The notes under the pieces: generated by a model
What the model was told of the DNA's origin: nothing
What the model saw: the letters and a program-made list of their open reading frames with translations, nothing else
Databases searched by the model: none
Assembly: GCA_943788915.1 (NCBI GenBank)
Contig: CALSSD010000010.1
Coordinates: forward strand, 682,001-746,000
Reading direction: 5' to 3'
From: an uncultured Acidimicrobiales bacterium
Lineage (GTDB): Bacteria > Actinomycetota > Acidimicrobiia > Acidimicrobiales > UBA10347
Length of the DNA: 64,000 nt
Shown here: piece by piece, positions 28,376-37,613 of the stretch
How positions within the stretch are numbered: position 1 is the first letter of the stretch
Layout of the letters: every line of letters starts with the position of its first letter
Made by a program: the position numbers and the translations under genes

Positions 28376-29876
28376 ATGTCTGAGACGCTTCAATCGCTCA
28401 CGCCTGGCATGGCAGTTCCGTTTGGCGGGACCAAGGTGACCCATGTCTCACCGGAGCTTGCCGGTGCGTTCACTGCTGGTGATCGTCTGGTTATCGTGCA
28501 GGACACGGGTGCTCTTCTGCACATTCCGGCGTCCGAGGGCTCGATCGCCGAAGCCGCTGTAAGTGCAGCGGTCGATGCGTTCTCGCAGCATGGGCACCGT
28601 CTCCGACGCAGCCATCACTGCCTTCTACGAAGCGTTCGCCCAGCGGCTCGAATCCGACGACTCGTTCGCCCCGATTGCCGAGGCCAATCAGGCCGACATT
28701 GTGTCTGCGCAGGCGCGGGGCCGCACGACCACCCGCCTCGAGCTGTCTACTGCGATGCGTTCCGACATGATCTCTGGTTTGCGCACCTGGGCCGGGGTCC
28801 AGTCACTGCGCAACCAGGTCGAAGAGACGATCGAACACGACGGATGGAAAGTCGACCAGGTGACGTCGGGCCTGGGCGTCGTCGGGTTCGTCTTCGAAGG
28901 CCGTCCAAACGTCTTCGCCGATGCGACCGGCGTTCTTCGTTCGGGAAACACGGTCGTCTTCCGCATCGGTTCAGATGCACTCGGCACTGCAAAGGCAATC
29001 GTCGAATATGCCCTCGAGCCGGCGCTCGCCGAGGCTGGCCTTCCCGTTGGGGCCGTGTCGCTGGTTGCGAGTGCAGCTCATGCCGCCGGGTGGGCGCTCT
29101 TCAGTGACTCCCGACTCGCACTCGCTGTGGCCCGCGGGTCTGGTGCAGCAGTCAGCCAGCTCGGTTCGGTCGCACGGCAGGCGGGAATCCCCGTAAGCCT
29201 CCACGGCACCGGAGGTGCATGGATCGTGGCGGCACCCGACGCCGACGTCGACGTGTTCGCCGAAGCCGTATATAACTCGCTCGACCGCAAGGTGTGTAAC
29301 ACACTGAACACGTGCTGCATCGTGGCCGACCGCACGAGTGACCTGGTGCCAGCATTCCTGGCTGCGCTTGATCGTGCCGGTGAACGCCGCGGTGCGAAGA
29401 CCAAGTTGCACGTGGTCGCCGACCACGCGGACGAGATCCCCGACGCGTGGTATGCCGAAGTTCCCATTGGGCGAGCCGAGGGCGACGTCGTGGAGCCTCA
29501 GACATCGACATTGTCGTGGGACGACCTAGGCGACGAATGGGAATGGGAAGCCTCTCCAGAGGTGTCACTCGCCATCGTGGACTCCGTCGATCATGCCGTC
29601 GACCTCTTCAACAGGTTGTCGCCGCGATTCGCTGCGAGCCTGATTAGCCAGGACGCAGACCAGCACCGTCGCTTCTTTGAACGCATCGATGCGCCGTTTG
29701 TCGGTAACGGCTTCACCCGATGGGTGGACGGTCAGTACGCACTCGATCGACCCGAGCTCGGCTTGTCGAACTGGGAGTTCGGCCGGCTGTTCGGCCGTGG
29801 GGGAGTGCTGAGCGGCGATTCGGTCTTCACCGTGCGTAGTCGGGTTACCCAGACCGACCCCAACGTCGGCCGCTAA
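28376..29876 (+). CDS. Gamma-glutamyl phosphate reductase (ProA)-like aldehyde dehydrogenase, atypical; frameshift near 28583
   Basis: ANQADI...RLELS, GVVGFVFEGRPNV, LRSGN, VCNTLN catalytic Cys, TRWVDG, ELGLS. Confidence 0.7.
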
Positions 29877-29899
29877 CACCCAGTCGCTGCAGGCGCAGT

Positions 29900-29986
29900 C
29901 GTGCTTGAGCGGGCTCGACGGTGGGTTGGGTGTGTGCTGTCTGGTTTGGGGTGTGGTGGGGCTCCGTGCTTGAACGGGCTCGACGG
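29900..29986. repeat. 22-bp direct repeat (one mismatch) separated by a G/T-rich spacer
   Basis: cgtgcttgagcgggctcgacgg (29900-29921) and cgtgcttgaacgggctcgacgg (29965-29986). Confidence 0.8.
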
Positions 29987-30030
29987 AGGAGAGCAAAAGA
30001 AGACAGTGACCGACGTCACTGAAGAAGCGC

Positions 30031-30060
30031 TTGCTTCATCTATGAAGCGCTGCGTATAGT
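30031..30060 (+). promoter_or_regulatory. Candidate sigma-A promoter with overlapping dyad
   Basis: TTGCTT-18 bp-TATAGT; dyad GCTTCAT-ct-ATGAAGC at 30033-30048. Confidence 0.45.
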
Positions 30061-30108
30061 TAGCAACAGCTTCCCCCCCCCTCAAAAAATGTTCAAAGGA
30101 ACAAGCAC

Positions 30109-30456
30109 ATGCTCAACGTCAGCGAAATCGCAACCAGCACCGAGGAACGAGTTCTGACCGGCGTGAAGGTCAGCCAGGCATTCGTCCTAGACGGCATCAA
30201 GAACACCCTCGCACTCGCCGACCGGGTTGTACCTTCACAGGTCGCCGACCGCATCGAAGAGCGCGTCAGCGTTATCCCTTCCGCCACACCCATGATCCAT
30301 GGCGCATTCGACTTCGCTGGCAAACTTCTCGCCGCACAGCGTGACTTCGCTGGCGAAATGATCGAGATCTTCCAGCCTGCTCCTGCAAAGCCGGCCGCTC
30401 CCAAGGCTGCAGCCAAGAAGGCTCCTGCCAAGCGCACCGCTAGGAAAGCAGCCTGA
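30109..30456 (+). CDS. Small amphipathic protein with Lys/Ala/Pro-rich basic tail (HBHA/phasin-like)
   Basis: Helical body (AFDFAGKLLAAQRDFA) and tail PAKPAAPKAAAKKAPAKRTARKAA; AAGGA RBS. Confidence 0.6.
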   Translation: MLNVSEIATSTEERVLTGVKVSQAFVLDGIKNTLALADRVVPSQVADRIEERVSVIPSATPMIHGAFDFAGKLLAAQRDFAGEMIEIFQPAPAKPAAPKAAAKKAPAKRTARKAA

Positions 30457-30565
30457 GCCCAGCTCTACATCTAATGATCTTGTGTCCGCCCCTGGTCGAC
30501 GCTGTGGTTGTTAGTAAATCCTGTGGGTGGTGGCACGTCGGCTATCCACCCGCAATGATTGTCCT

Positions 30566-30973
30566 GTGACTATCCCCCCTGAAGACACAGAGACGTCAAC
30601 CGAAGGCGGTGACCGGAAAGATCCGGTTGCCGCCTTTGGTGATTACGTGCGGAGCCAGCGCAAGCTTGCTGAGTTGAGCCTGCGTCAACTCGCCGACATG
30701 ACGAGCCTGTCGAATCCGTATCTGAGCAAGCTCGAACGAGGCCTGCACCAGCCTTCCGTTACTGCGGTCACCAATATCGCAAAGGCGCTAGGGGTCCCCG
30801 CCGAGACGCTGCTGGCTAAAGCTGCTGGCCTGGTTCCCGGTTTTGATACCAACAAGACTGGCGAGGCGAAGAAGCCAACGACGGAACAGGTCATCAAGCA
30901 AGATCCCGCATTGTCCGACGACCAGAAGCTGGCGCTCCTGAGCGTCTATCGAAGCTTCGTCGACGAGGACTAG
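30566..30973 (+). CDS. XRE-family HTH regulator (Rv0474-like)
   Basis: FGDYVRSQRKLAELSLRQLADMTSLSNPYLSKLERGLHQPS. Confidence 0.85.
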   Translation: MTIPPEDTETSTEGGDRKDPVAAFGDYVRSQRKLAELSLRQLADMTSLSNPYLSKLERGLHQPSVTAVTNIAKALGVPAETLLAKAAGLVPGFDTNKTGEAKKPTTEQVIKQDPALSDDQKLALLSVYRSFVDED

Positions 30974-30975
30974 TC

Positions 30976-31419
30976 ATGGCAGTAGCGACATTTCCGATAC
31001 AGGTTCGGTTCTATGAACTGGATCCGTATGGCCATGTAAACCACTCGACCTACCTGCAGTATTTCGAAGCCGCGCGGGTGGCCTGGCTTGGCGAGATCGG
31101 GCAAGGGCTCGATGTGCTCCAAGAAGACGGCATCCAACTGGTGGTAACCGCGGTGGCTACTCGTTTCGTTGCGTCGGCTCTGTTGAACGACAAACTTACT
31201 GTCGACACCGTCATGGTCGAGGCAAAACGGGTCCGCGCCCAGTGGGCACAGCACACCTGGCGTGGTGATGAATTGATTGCCTGCCAGCGCATCAATTTTG
31301 CCACGGTGAACCTGGCTGGTCGCCCTGTGCGTATTCCAGAGTCTCTGCTCGAAGCAATGGCGGGATTCCAGGCCGACGACGACGTGCTCCGCAAAGAACT
31401 GCCAGCACTAGCGCTTTGA
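30976..31419 (+). CDS. Acyl-CoA thioesterase (4HBT/YbgC family)
   Basis: VRFYELDPYGHVNHSTYLQYFEAAR. Confidence 0.92.
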   Translation: MAVATFPIQVRFYELDPYGHVNHSTYLQYFEAARVAWLGEIGQGLDVLQEDGIQLVVTAVATRFVASALLNDKLTVDTVMVEAKRVRAQWAQHTWRGDELIACQRINFATVNLAGRPVRIPESLLEAMAGFQADDDVLRKELPALAL

Positions 31420-31451
31420 ACACCGCTTCGGCATCTGGCTAGGATGGGCGT

Positions 31452-32441
31452 ATGACGGCAACCTCGTCAGCTGAACACGTTCAGCTGCTGGAGACGATGA
31501 CGGGGGCCATGGTCCAACCCGTTGAGCCCTTCGCTGGATCAGATCGTCTGCGTGCCGACGGGCGGCCGAAACCAGAGCTACGGGCTGAGTTGCGCACGAT
31601 TGCCAACGTGAGAAACGCGGCGACCTGCTTCATGGCACTGGTCATGCCGGTAGCCGTTGTCGCCGCTGTTATTGGGCTCAACGCCTGGTGGGCGGTCGGC
31701 TTGGCTGTGCCAGTTATGGCCACGCTGCAGCTGCGTATGTACATCATCCATCATGAGGCAGCGCACCGACTCCTGTTCTCGAACCGCCGACTCAACGACG
31801 TCATTGGCATCAATGTGATGGGATGGCTACCGCTGGGTACCGGCAGCCACACGTATCGGCGGATCCATACCGCTCACCATCGAGACGAGTTCGGCCCGAA
31901 CGAACCAGACTTCCTGCTGTACTCGTTCTACCCGATCGTCCGGTCATCGTTTGCCCGCAAGCTTCGTCGAGATGCCAGCGGCGTGTCCGCATGGCGGATC
32001 ATCAAACCACGGCTGCAAGATCTGGTCGTCTCGGGCCGACGCACGATGGGCCTCCGGCTGCTGGTTATGCAAGCGGCCATGTTTGTCGCCTTCGCAGGGG
32101 CCGGCGCTCCTTGGCTGTACCTGTGGCTGTGGGTCGTGCCGTACATGACCTGGTATCAGGTGATCAACCGGCTGCGTTCGGTTGCTGAACACGGCGGGCT
32201 GACCCGATCTGATGATCGTCGAGAGACCACACATATCGTCGCTCCGAGCCTGCTTGCACGGCTACTCATCGCCCCGCTGAACGTGGGGTATCACCTGCCG
32301 CATCACGTTGACAGCGGCGTCCCGTTCCGAAACCTGCCCCGACTGCAACAGATCCTGATCGAAGACGGGTACGTGCAGGACCACATCGTCTGGCCGAGTT
32401 ATCTAGCGCTATGGCAAGCCGCTACGAGTCCGACAGACTGA
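31452..32441 (+). CDS. Membrane fatty acid desaturase
   Basis: His boxes HHEAAH, HTAHH, HLPHH, with TM segments. Confidence 0.9.
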   Translation: MTATSSAEHVQLLETMTGAMVQPVEPFAGSDRLRADGRPKPELRAELRTIANVRNAATCFMALVMPVAVVAAVIGLNAWWAVGLAVPVMATLQLRMYIIHHEAAHRLLFSNRRLNDVIGINVMGWLPLGTGSHTYRRIHTAHHRDEFGPNEPDFLLYSFYPIVRSSFARKLRRDASGVSAWRIIKPRLQDLVVSGRRTMGLRLLVMQAAMFVAFAGAGAPWLYLWLWVVPYMTWYQVINRLRSVAEHGGLTRSDDRRETTHIVAPSLLARLLIAPLNVGYHLPHHVDSGVPFRNLPRLQQILIEDGYVQDHIVWPSYLALWQAATSPTD

Positions 32442-32538
32442 CCTCGGCTTCGCTGGAACAACTGCACAACTGTGGAGGGTCACCTGCGATTGTCGCGTGT
32501 TTCCCTTACATGCGTCTGCGGGAGTGTCCACTGGATGG

Positions 32539-33195
32539 CTAGCTGGCGCTGAGCTCGGCGGCGCCAAAGGCGACACCGAATCGGACACACCAGATCACCA
32601 CCGTCGAGTACCGGTCGAGATCGATGCCGACCGGAATCTCGTAGTTCTGGCTTCCTATATTGCCCTTCAGATCGCCGAGGTCGATGAAGTCGTCATCGAA
32701 GGCGGCCGTGTCTGCGTTCGATGGAGCAGTTGACAGGTACACGTTCAGGTCAGGACCGTTGTCGGTCTCGAAGTCCTCGAAACGAAGGAAACGCTGAGCA
32801 CTGCCGTCGTTCAGGACATCGGCAATTCCCGAGGTGGGATGCGAACGATCCACGAAGTCACCGGTAAAAAGGGTCTTGATTATCGCTTCGGCTTCTTCGT
32901 CGGAGCCAACGGTTGCCGGCTCAATCTCCATCTCGGGCATGTCCTCGTCGACCTTGATGGCCACCGGCTCATTCGCCATCTCTTCGGTCATCTCGTCGGC
33001 CATCTGTTCAGAGACCGCATCCGATGCCAGTCCCGATGGGGCAGCGCCGCTTGCGAATACCGGGCCAGACTCGTTGACCTCGTCGTCGATGAAGAGTGTG
33101 TGCACGCCAAACACGGCGAAGGCCAGATACAGGATGACGGCACCGCCAACGGCCGCGCCCCCGACAGTCAACGGATGGTTCTTGAGCCAACGCAT
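32539..33195 (-). CDS. DM13 domain membrane-anchored protein
   Basis: HPTSG, LRFEDFETDNGPDLNVYL, DLGDLKGNIGSQNYEIP, VIWCVRFGVAFG. Confidence 0.9.
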   Translation of the reverse strand: MRWLKNHPLTVGGAAVGGAVILYLAFAVFGVHTLFIDDEVNESGPVFASGAAPSGLASDAVSEQMADEMTEEMANEPVAIKVDEDMPEMEIEPATVGSDEEAEAIIKTLFTGDFVDRSHPTSGIADVLNDGSAQRFLRFEDFETDNGPDLNVYLSTAPSNADTAAFDDDFIDLGDLKGNIGSQNYEIPVGIDLDRYSTVVIWCVRFGVAFGAAELSAS

Positions 33196-33280
33196 CTGTT
33201 GATTGTAAGGCCTGGGGTTCGATGGCGTCCGTTGGATCGTGAATCACTACTCTTGGGGTCTCGCTGACAGAGGGATGAAC

Positions 33281-34303
33281 ATGCGTCTTGGTTTGAATAC
33301 CGGCTACTGGAGCTCCGGCCCGCCCAACGGTGCGGTCGAGGCAATCGCGCTGGCAGATCGCCTTGGCTTCGAACACATTTGGACCGCCGAGGCCTATGGC
33401 AGCGATGCACTCACGCCGCTCGCTTGGTGGGGGTCGAGCACCACGAACGTCAAACTTGGCACAGCGATCATGCAGATGTCGGCACGAACACCAGCGGCAA
33501 CCGCCATGGCCTGCCTGACGATGGATCACCTCAGCGGCGGACGTTTCATTGCCGGCATTGGAGCGTCGGGTCCTCAGGTCGTCGAGGGCTGGTATGGCCA
33601 GTCATACTCCCGGCCGCTTGAGCGGACCCGCGAGTTCGTGAACATCATGCGTCAGATCTTCGACCGCGACGACACGGTCGCTTTTGAAGGCAAGCACTAC
33701 CAGTTGCCGTTCCCTCATGGTACGGGCCTGGGTAAACCCCTCAAGTCAACGGTGCATCCATTGCGCAAGGATCTCCCGATTTATCTCGCGGCCGAAGGCC
33801 CGAAGAACGTGGCCCTATCAGCGGAGATCTGCGATGGCTGGCTGCCGTTGTTCTTCGCTCCGAAGGACAACGACTTCTATAAGGACGCGCTGCAGTCAGG
33901 CATGGACGCGGGCGGCCGCAACAACTGGGACGATTTCGAAGTTGCCGCTACCGTCAGCATGATTCCGGGTCCCGACGTCGAGGCATGTGCCGACAAGATC
34001 CGACCCATGCTCGCTCTCTATGTCGGCGGAATGGGTGCCAAGGGCAAGAACTTCCACTTCGATGTGTTCGCCCGTATGGGTTACGAAGCCGAGTGCGACA
34101 AGATCCAGCAGTTGTATCTCAGCGGCAACAAGGCAGACGCGATCGCAGCTGTGCCGACCGAGATGTGTGAAGCGATCTCGCTGATTGGCCCACCGGACAA
34201 GATCAAGGACGAGATCGCGATGTGGGACGAATCGGTGGTCAACACGCTGCTCATTTCTGGCCCGCCCAACCTGGTCCAGTTCGCAGCCGACATCTGCGGA
34301 TAA
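33281..34303 (+). CDS. LLM-class F420-dependent oxidoreductase
   Basis: MRLGLNTGYW, WTAEAYGSDA, ARTPAATAM, SGPQVVEGWYG, AAEGPKN. Confidence 0.92.
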   Translation: MRLGLNTGYWSSGPPNGAVEAIALADRLGFEHIWTAEAYGSDALTPLAWWGSSTTNVKLGTAIMQMSARTPAATAMACLTMDHLSGGRFIAGIGASGPQVVEGWYGQSYSRPLERTREFVNIMRQIFDRDDTVAFEGKHYQLPFPHGTGLGKPLKSTVHPLRKDLPIYLAAEGPKNVALSAEICDGWLPLFFAPKDNDFYKDALQSGMDAGGRNNWDDFEVAATVSMIPGPDVEACADKIRPMLALYVGGMGAKGKNFHFDVFARMGYEAECDKIQQLYLSGNKADAIAAVPTEMCEAISLIGPPDKIKDEIAMWDESVVNTLLISGPPNLVQFAADICG

Positions 34304-34325
34304 CCCCGTTGCCATGCCCCGTTAT

Positions 34326-34376
34326 GCAAATTAGGAGCCTGATGTACCTATTTCGTACATCAGGCACCTAATTTGC
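34326..34376. repeat. 51-bp palindromic REP-like element, family A, copy 2
   Basis: GCAAATTAGG-agcctgatgtacc-tattt-cgtacatcaggca-CCTAATTTGC. Confidence 0.8.
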
Positions 34377-34417
34377 GTTCACCTCATTTGTGTCGGGTTG
34401 ATGCGCGAAGATGGCGT

Positions 34418-35509
34418 ATGGGTAACGCAGAAGAACTGATCACAGCGGCGCTTGACGATGCGGCGGAAAGTCTGGTTGGGCCGGGTGACTGGCTGACCGG
34501 GTCACAACGTCGTGCCGCTGCACTCGAGGCTCGCGATGCTCGGACCAACGAACTCGATCAACAGCGCCGCGACGCACTTTCGCCGAACGCGGTTCCGGGC
34601 GGGCACGAAGCGACGGCCGAGTTGCAGGCCGAAGCTGTCGAAGTCATCCATCGCGTAGCAAGCGACCCGGGTCGGCTGACACAGGTTTGGGCCGACGAGA
34701 TGATGACCGTGCTCGGCGAAGAGACCTACACCGAACTAGTTGGCATCGCTGCCTGCACCGCAGTACTCGACATGTTTGCCTGGGCGATGACCGGCGACGA
34801 CGGCCAACTGGGCGATAACACTGCAGGATCTCCAGCGAATGAACGCCCCGACGACGTCGGCGATGTCGGGGCCTGGGTCTCTCAAACAACCGGAACTGGC
34901 ATGGCCAACGTGAGCCGGTCGCTCTCGCTCGTGCCGGTGACCAATCGAGCCTGGGTCGGTCTCGTGCAAGCGCTCTATTCTCGAGGACCAGAGTTTCTCG
35001 ATCTGTCCTGGGACCGGGCACTTTCACGGCCTCAGGTCGAACTGGTTGCAGCCCGGACTACCGCAGAACTTGAGTGTTTCTATTGAACGACGGCCCACAC
35101 CATGCTGCTCGGTGCGAGCGGCTCGAAGGCTGGATTGACGGTGGATCTCGAGGTCGCAACCGACCCGACCAAAACAGGCGACGCGGGCGTGCCTCACGGC
35201 AACGAGCTACTCGCGTTCGCAACCGCTGCCAATCGCCGCAGCGATGTGTTGCCTCAGGCCCGAGCAGCGCTCGCAGCGGTAGTTGGACACGAAGGTCTTG
35301 TCGAAGCTGCGGCCACGGTTGCCATCTTTAATGGTCTCGTCCGAGTTGCCGATGGCACCGGCATCCAGCTTGACCCGTCGATGCTGACGTCGACCGCTGA
35401 AACTCGAGCGGCGTTGGGGATCGACCTGTTCAGCGGCGCTGCGAATTCGCAGGATGCTCCGACTCAACCTCGACAGGACGCTGCTGGTGTGATGGGGATG
35501 TTCTCGTAG
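34418..35509 (+). CDS. AhpD/carboxymuconolactone-decarboxylase-like selenoprotein (363 aa, C220-F-Y-U223)
   Basis: ORFs ending 35086 and starting 35102 are in frame; junction reads LSRPQVELVAARTTAELECFY-UGA-TTAHTMLL, matching the AhpD ExxxxxxxxxxxCxxC..H motif; SECIS-like hairpin downstream. Confidence 0.8.
35104..35122 (+). promoter_or_regulatory. Putative bacterial SECIS element
   Basis: GCUGCUCG-GUG-CGAGCGGC stem-loop; loop starts with G about 25 nt after the UGA. Confidence 0.6.
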
Positions 35510-35518
35510 GTCGGGTCG

Positions 35519-36622
35519 TTATACGCCCAGTGTGCGCATGCGGCTTTCGAGGTCGCTGTGGTTCAGATAACAACCCACAAAACGACGGCCGCCGGTGTAC
35601 GCCTCTCGCCCATGGAGAACTCGCCAGTTGTCATTGATGAGCACGTCGCCCGGTTCGAGTCGAATCGACATCCAACGGCTGCGGTCGTTTGCGAACTCGT
35701 GGAGTTGGCCATAGGCCCGATAGAACGCGTCCATGTCGCCGCTTGGCAGGTGCATGGGGGACCGGTCGTAGTTGTTCATTGAGATCTGCACAATGTTGCC
35801 GTGGTCGTCCAGTCGAATCGCTGGTCGAGACGTTCGTAGCTCGACACCCGGTTCGATGTAGTGACCAGGGACGCTCACCGACGTCAGCACCTCGAAGTCT
35901 TCCGCGTGCTCGGTGCGCAACGTTTCAGCGATCGCGAATCCGTCGACGATCACACTCTCACCACCGGTGCCGCTTCGTTCGGTGCAGCAGAACATCTGCA
36001 GGCCTGGTGCCTCGTGGGCATAGGTGCCATCGGTGTGTGGCGCCAAGAACGTCTGGGTATATGCGGTGTCATCGTGGGCATCGATGTCGGAGGCAAGATC
36101 CCACGTCGTGCCGAAGATCGTGGACTGCGGGTATCCAATGCGGCGGGCTAGCGCAGTGACTTCGTTGTGACCGCCTTGAAAACCGCCAAGCACACCGAAA
36201 CCGAAATCAGCAATGTCGCCGACCCATGCACTGAGCGCTGCGTCGTTGGTGAGGACATCGGAGACGTTGCCCTTAGTCACGGCAGTCTCCTGGGGTCGAT
36301 GCCAGCAAGTTCTGGCCGAGGGCGGCCTCGGATCGAGGAGGTCGGTGATCGTTGACTGACTAATCCAGGTTTGTTCTGGCGACTCAGGCCAGATGATGCA
36401 CACGATGGGAGTGCCGTCGATGACCGAGAGTTCGGCTCGCATCGCTGGTTGGGGCGACTCAGGGTTTATGGCGTAGACACGACGCTGTTTCGTCGTTGGG
36501 TCGAAGCTCTCCTGGTCTTCGCCATGATCGCGAACCCAGCGCCAACTCAGCTCTGTCTCGGAACCATTGATGGCTACAACGAGGCCGGCAGCGGTTGCGC
36601 TGACGGCGTCGATCACGCTCAT
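35519..36622 (-). CDS. TauD/TfdA-family Fe/2OG dioxygenase (gamma-butyrobetaine/trimethyllysine hydroxylase-like)
   Basis: WRWVRDH N-domain, PHTDGTY (HxD), GGES.IVDGF, DNWRVLHGR. Confidence 0.88.
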   Translation of the reverse strand: MSVIDAVSATAAGLVVAINGSETELSWRWVRDHGEDQESFDPTTKQRRVYAINPESPQPAMRAELSVIDGTPIVCIIWPESPEQTWISQSTITDLLDPRPPSARTCWHRPQETAVTKGNVSDVLTNDAALSAWVGDIADFGFGVLGGFQGGHNEVTALARRIGYPQSTIFGTTWDLASDIDAHDDTAYTQTFLAPHTDGTYAHEAPGLQMFCCTERSGTGGESVIVDGFAIAETLRTEHAEDFEVLTSVSVPGHYIEPGVELRTSRPAIRLDDHGNIVQISMNNYDRSPMHLPSGDMDAFYRAYGQLHEFANDRSRWMSIRLEPGDVLINDNWRVLHGREAYTGGRRFVGCYLNHSDLESRMRTLGV

Positions 36623-36864
36623 TCGCCGATGGTGTCTTGAGCACTACCCATGGTGCGTTCGATTGCGGTCACAACGAACTCGTCGTGGTGATGCCAGTCG
36701 TCGTGGCCATCACACCAATAGAAATGCCATGGTTGGCAGTTCGAGGGTGGGCGAGGAATTGAACCAGATGACGAGCTGCCATTGCCTTCGACGCCGGGCG
36801 GCGTGTATCGCTGGTTGGCACGATTCTCGCTGCGACTGTTCTTGCGTTTGCGGGGGGAGACCAT
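36619..36864 (-). CDS. Hypothetical 81-aa protein with Cys/His/Trp cluster
   Basis: Stop overlaps the dioxygenase start (ATGA); CQPWHFYWCDGHDDWHHHDEF. Confidence 0.5.
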   Translation of the reverse strand: MVSPRKRKNSRSENRANQRYTPPGVEGNGSSSSGSIPRPPSNCQPWHFYWCDGHDDWHHHDEFVVTAIERTMGSAQDTIGE

Positions 36865-36975
36865 AGGCTGATCGTACTGCGCTCCACCGACGGTTGCTGA
36901 GAGGGTCCACGGGGGCGAGAGTCACGCGTCCGATCAGGAAGACGGCCGCGCCGCCGGGTTTCCTATGATCACTGC

Positions 36976-37446
36976 ATGCAAACCCCATCCGTCACACTCG
37001 CCGCTCATGAAGCCTCCATTGAGATCGCCGCATCGCCGGAGGCGGTCTATGACCTGGTCTCCGATGTGACCCGGATGGGGGAGTGGAGCCCCGAGAGCAC
37101 CGGCGCTGATTGGATCGACGGCGGCGCAGGCAACAAGGGTGACTGGTTCGAAGGACACAACAAGTCGGGCGACAACGAATGGACACGTGCGTGCCAGGTC
37201 GCCGCCGCAGAACGCGGCCGCGACTTCACCTTCGTCGTTGGGGGCGTCGAGGACAATTGCACATGGTGGAGTTATGAGATGGAACCGGTCGAGGGTGGAA
37301 CCCGACTCACCGAACGTTGGTGGCTTGTGAACAAGACACCAGGCGTGCAAGGCATGAGCCAAGAACAGTTCGAGGGACGCGCCGCGTTCACCGAGACGAT
37401 GCTCAAGGACACGATCTCCGCTATCAAGGCCGCGGCCGAATCCTGA
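36976..37446 (+). CDS. SRPBCC / polyketide cyclase family protein
   Basis: IAASPEAVYDLVSDVTRMGEWSPE, GTRLTERW. Confidence 0.9.
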   Translation: MQTPSVTLAAHEASIEIAASPEAVYDLVSDVTRMGEWSPESTGADWIDGGAGNKGDWFEGHNKSGDNEWTRACQVAAAERGRDFTFVVGGVEDNCTWWSYEMEPVEGGTRLTERWWLVNKTPGVQGMSQEQFEGRAAFTETMLKDTISAIKAAAES

Positions 37447-37613
37447 ACGCGCCTGTCCTCCGGCGACAACGGATCGCCGAATCTACGGGCTGCTCGACCG
37501 GTTCGGCCTAGCGTGGCCAGGCCGGCGAGGTGGTTCGGCTAGCGTCGGCCCATGTTGAATGAGCCACGTCTGAGTAGGCAGAGCGTGAGCGAGCACGGTT
37601 GCACTAGACGCTG

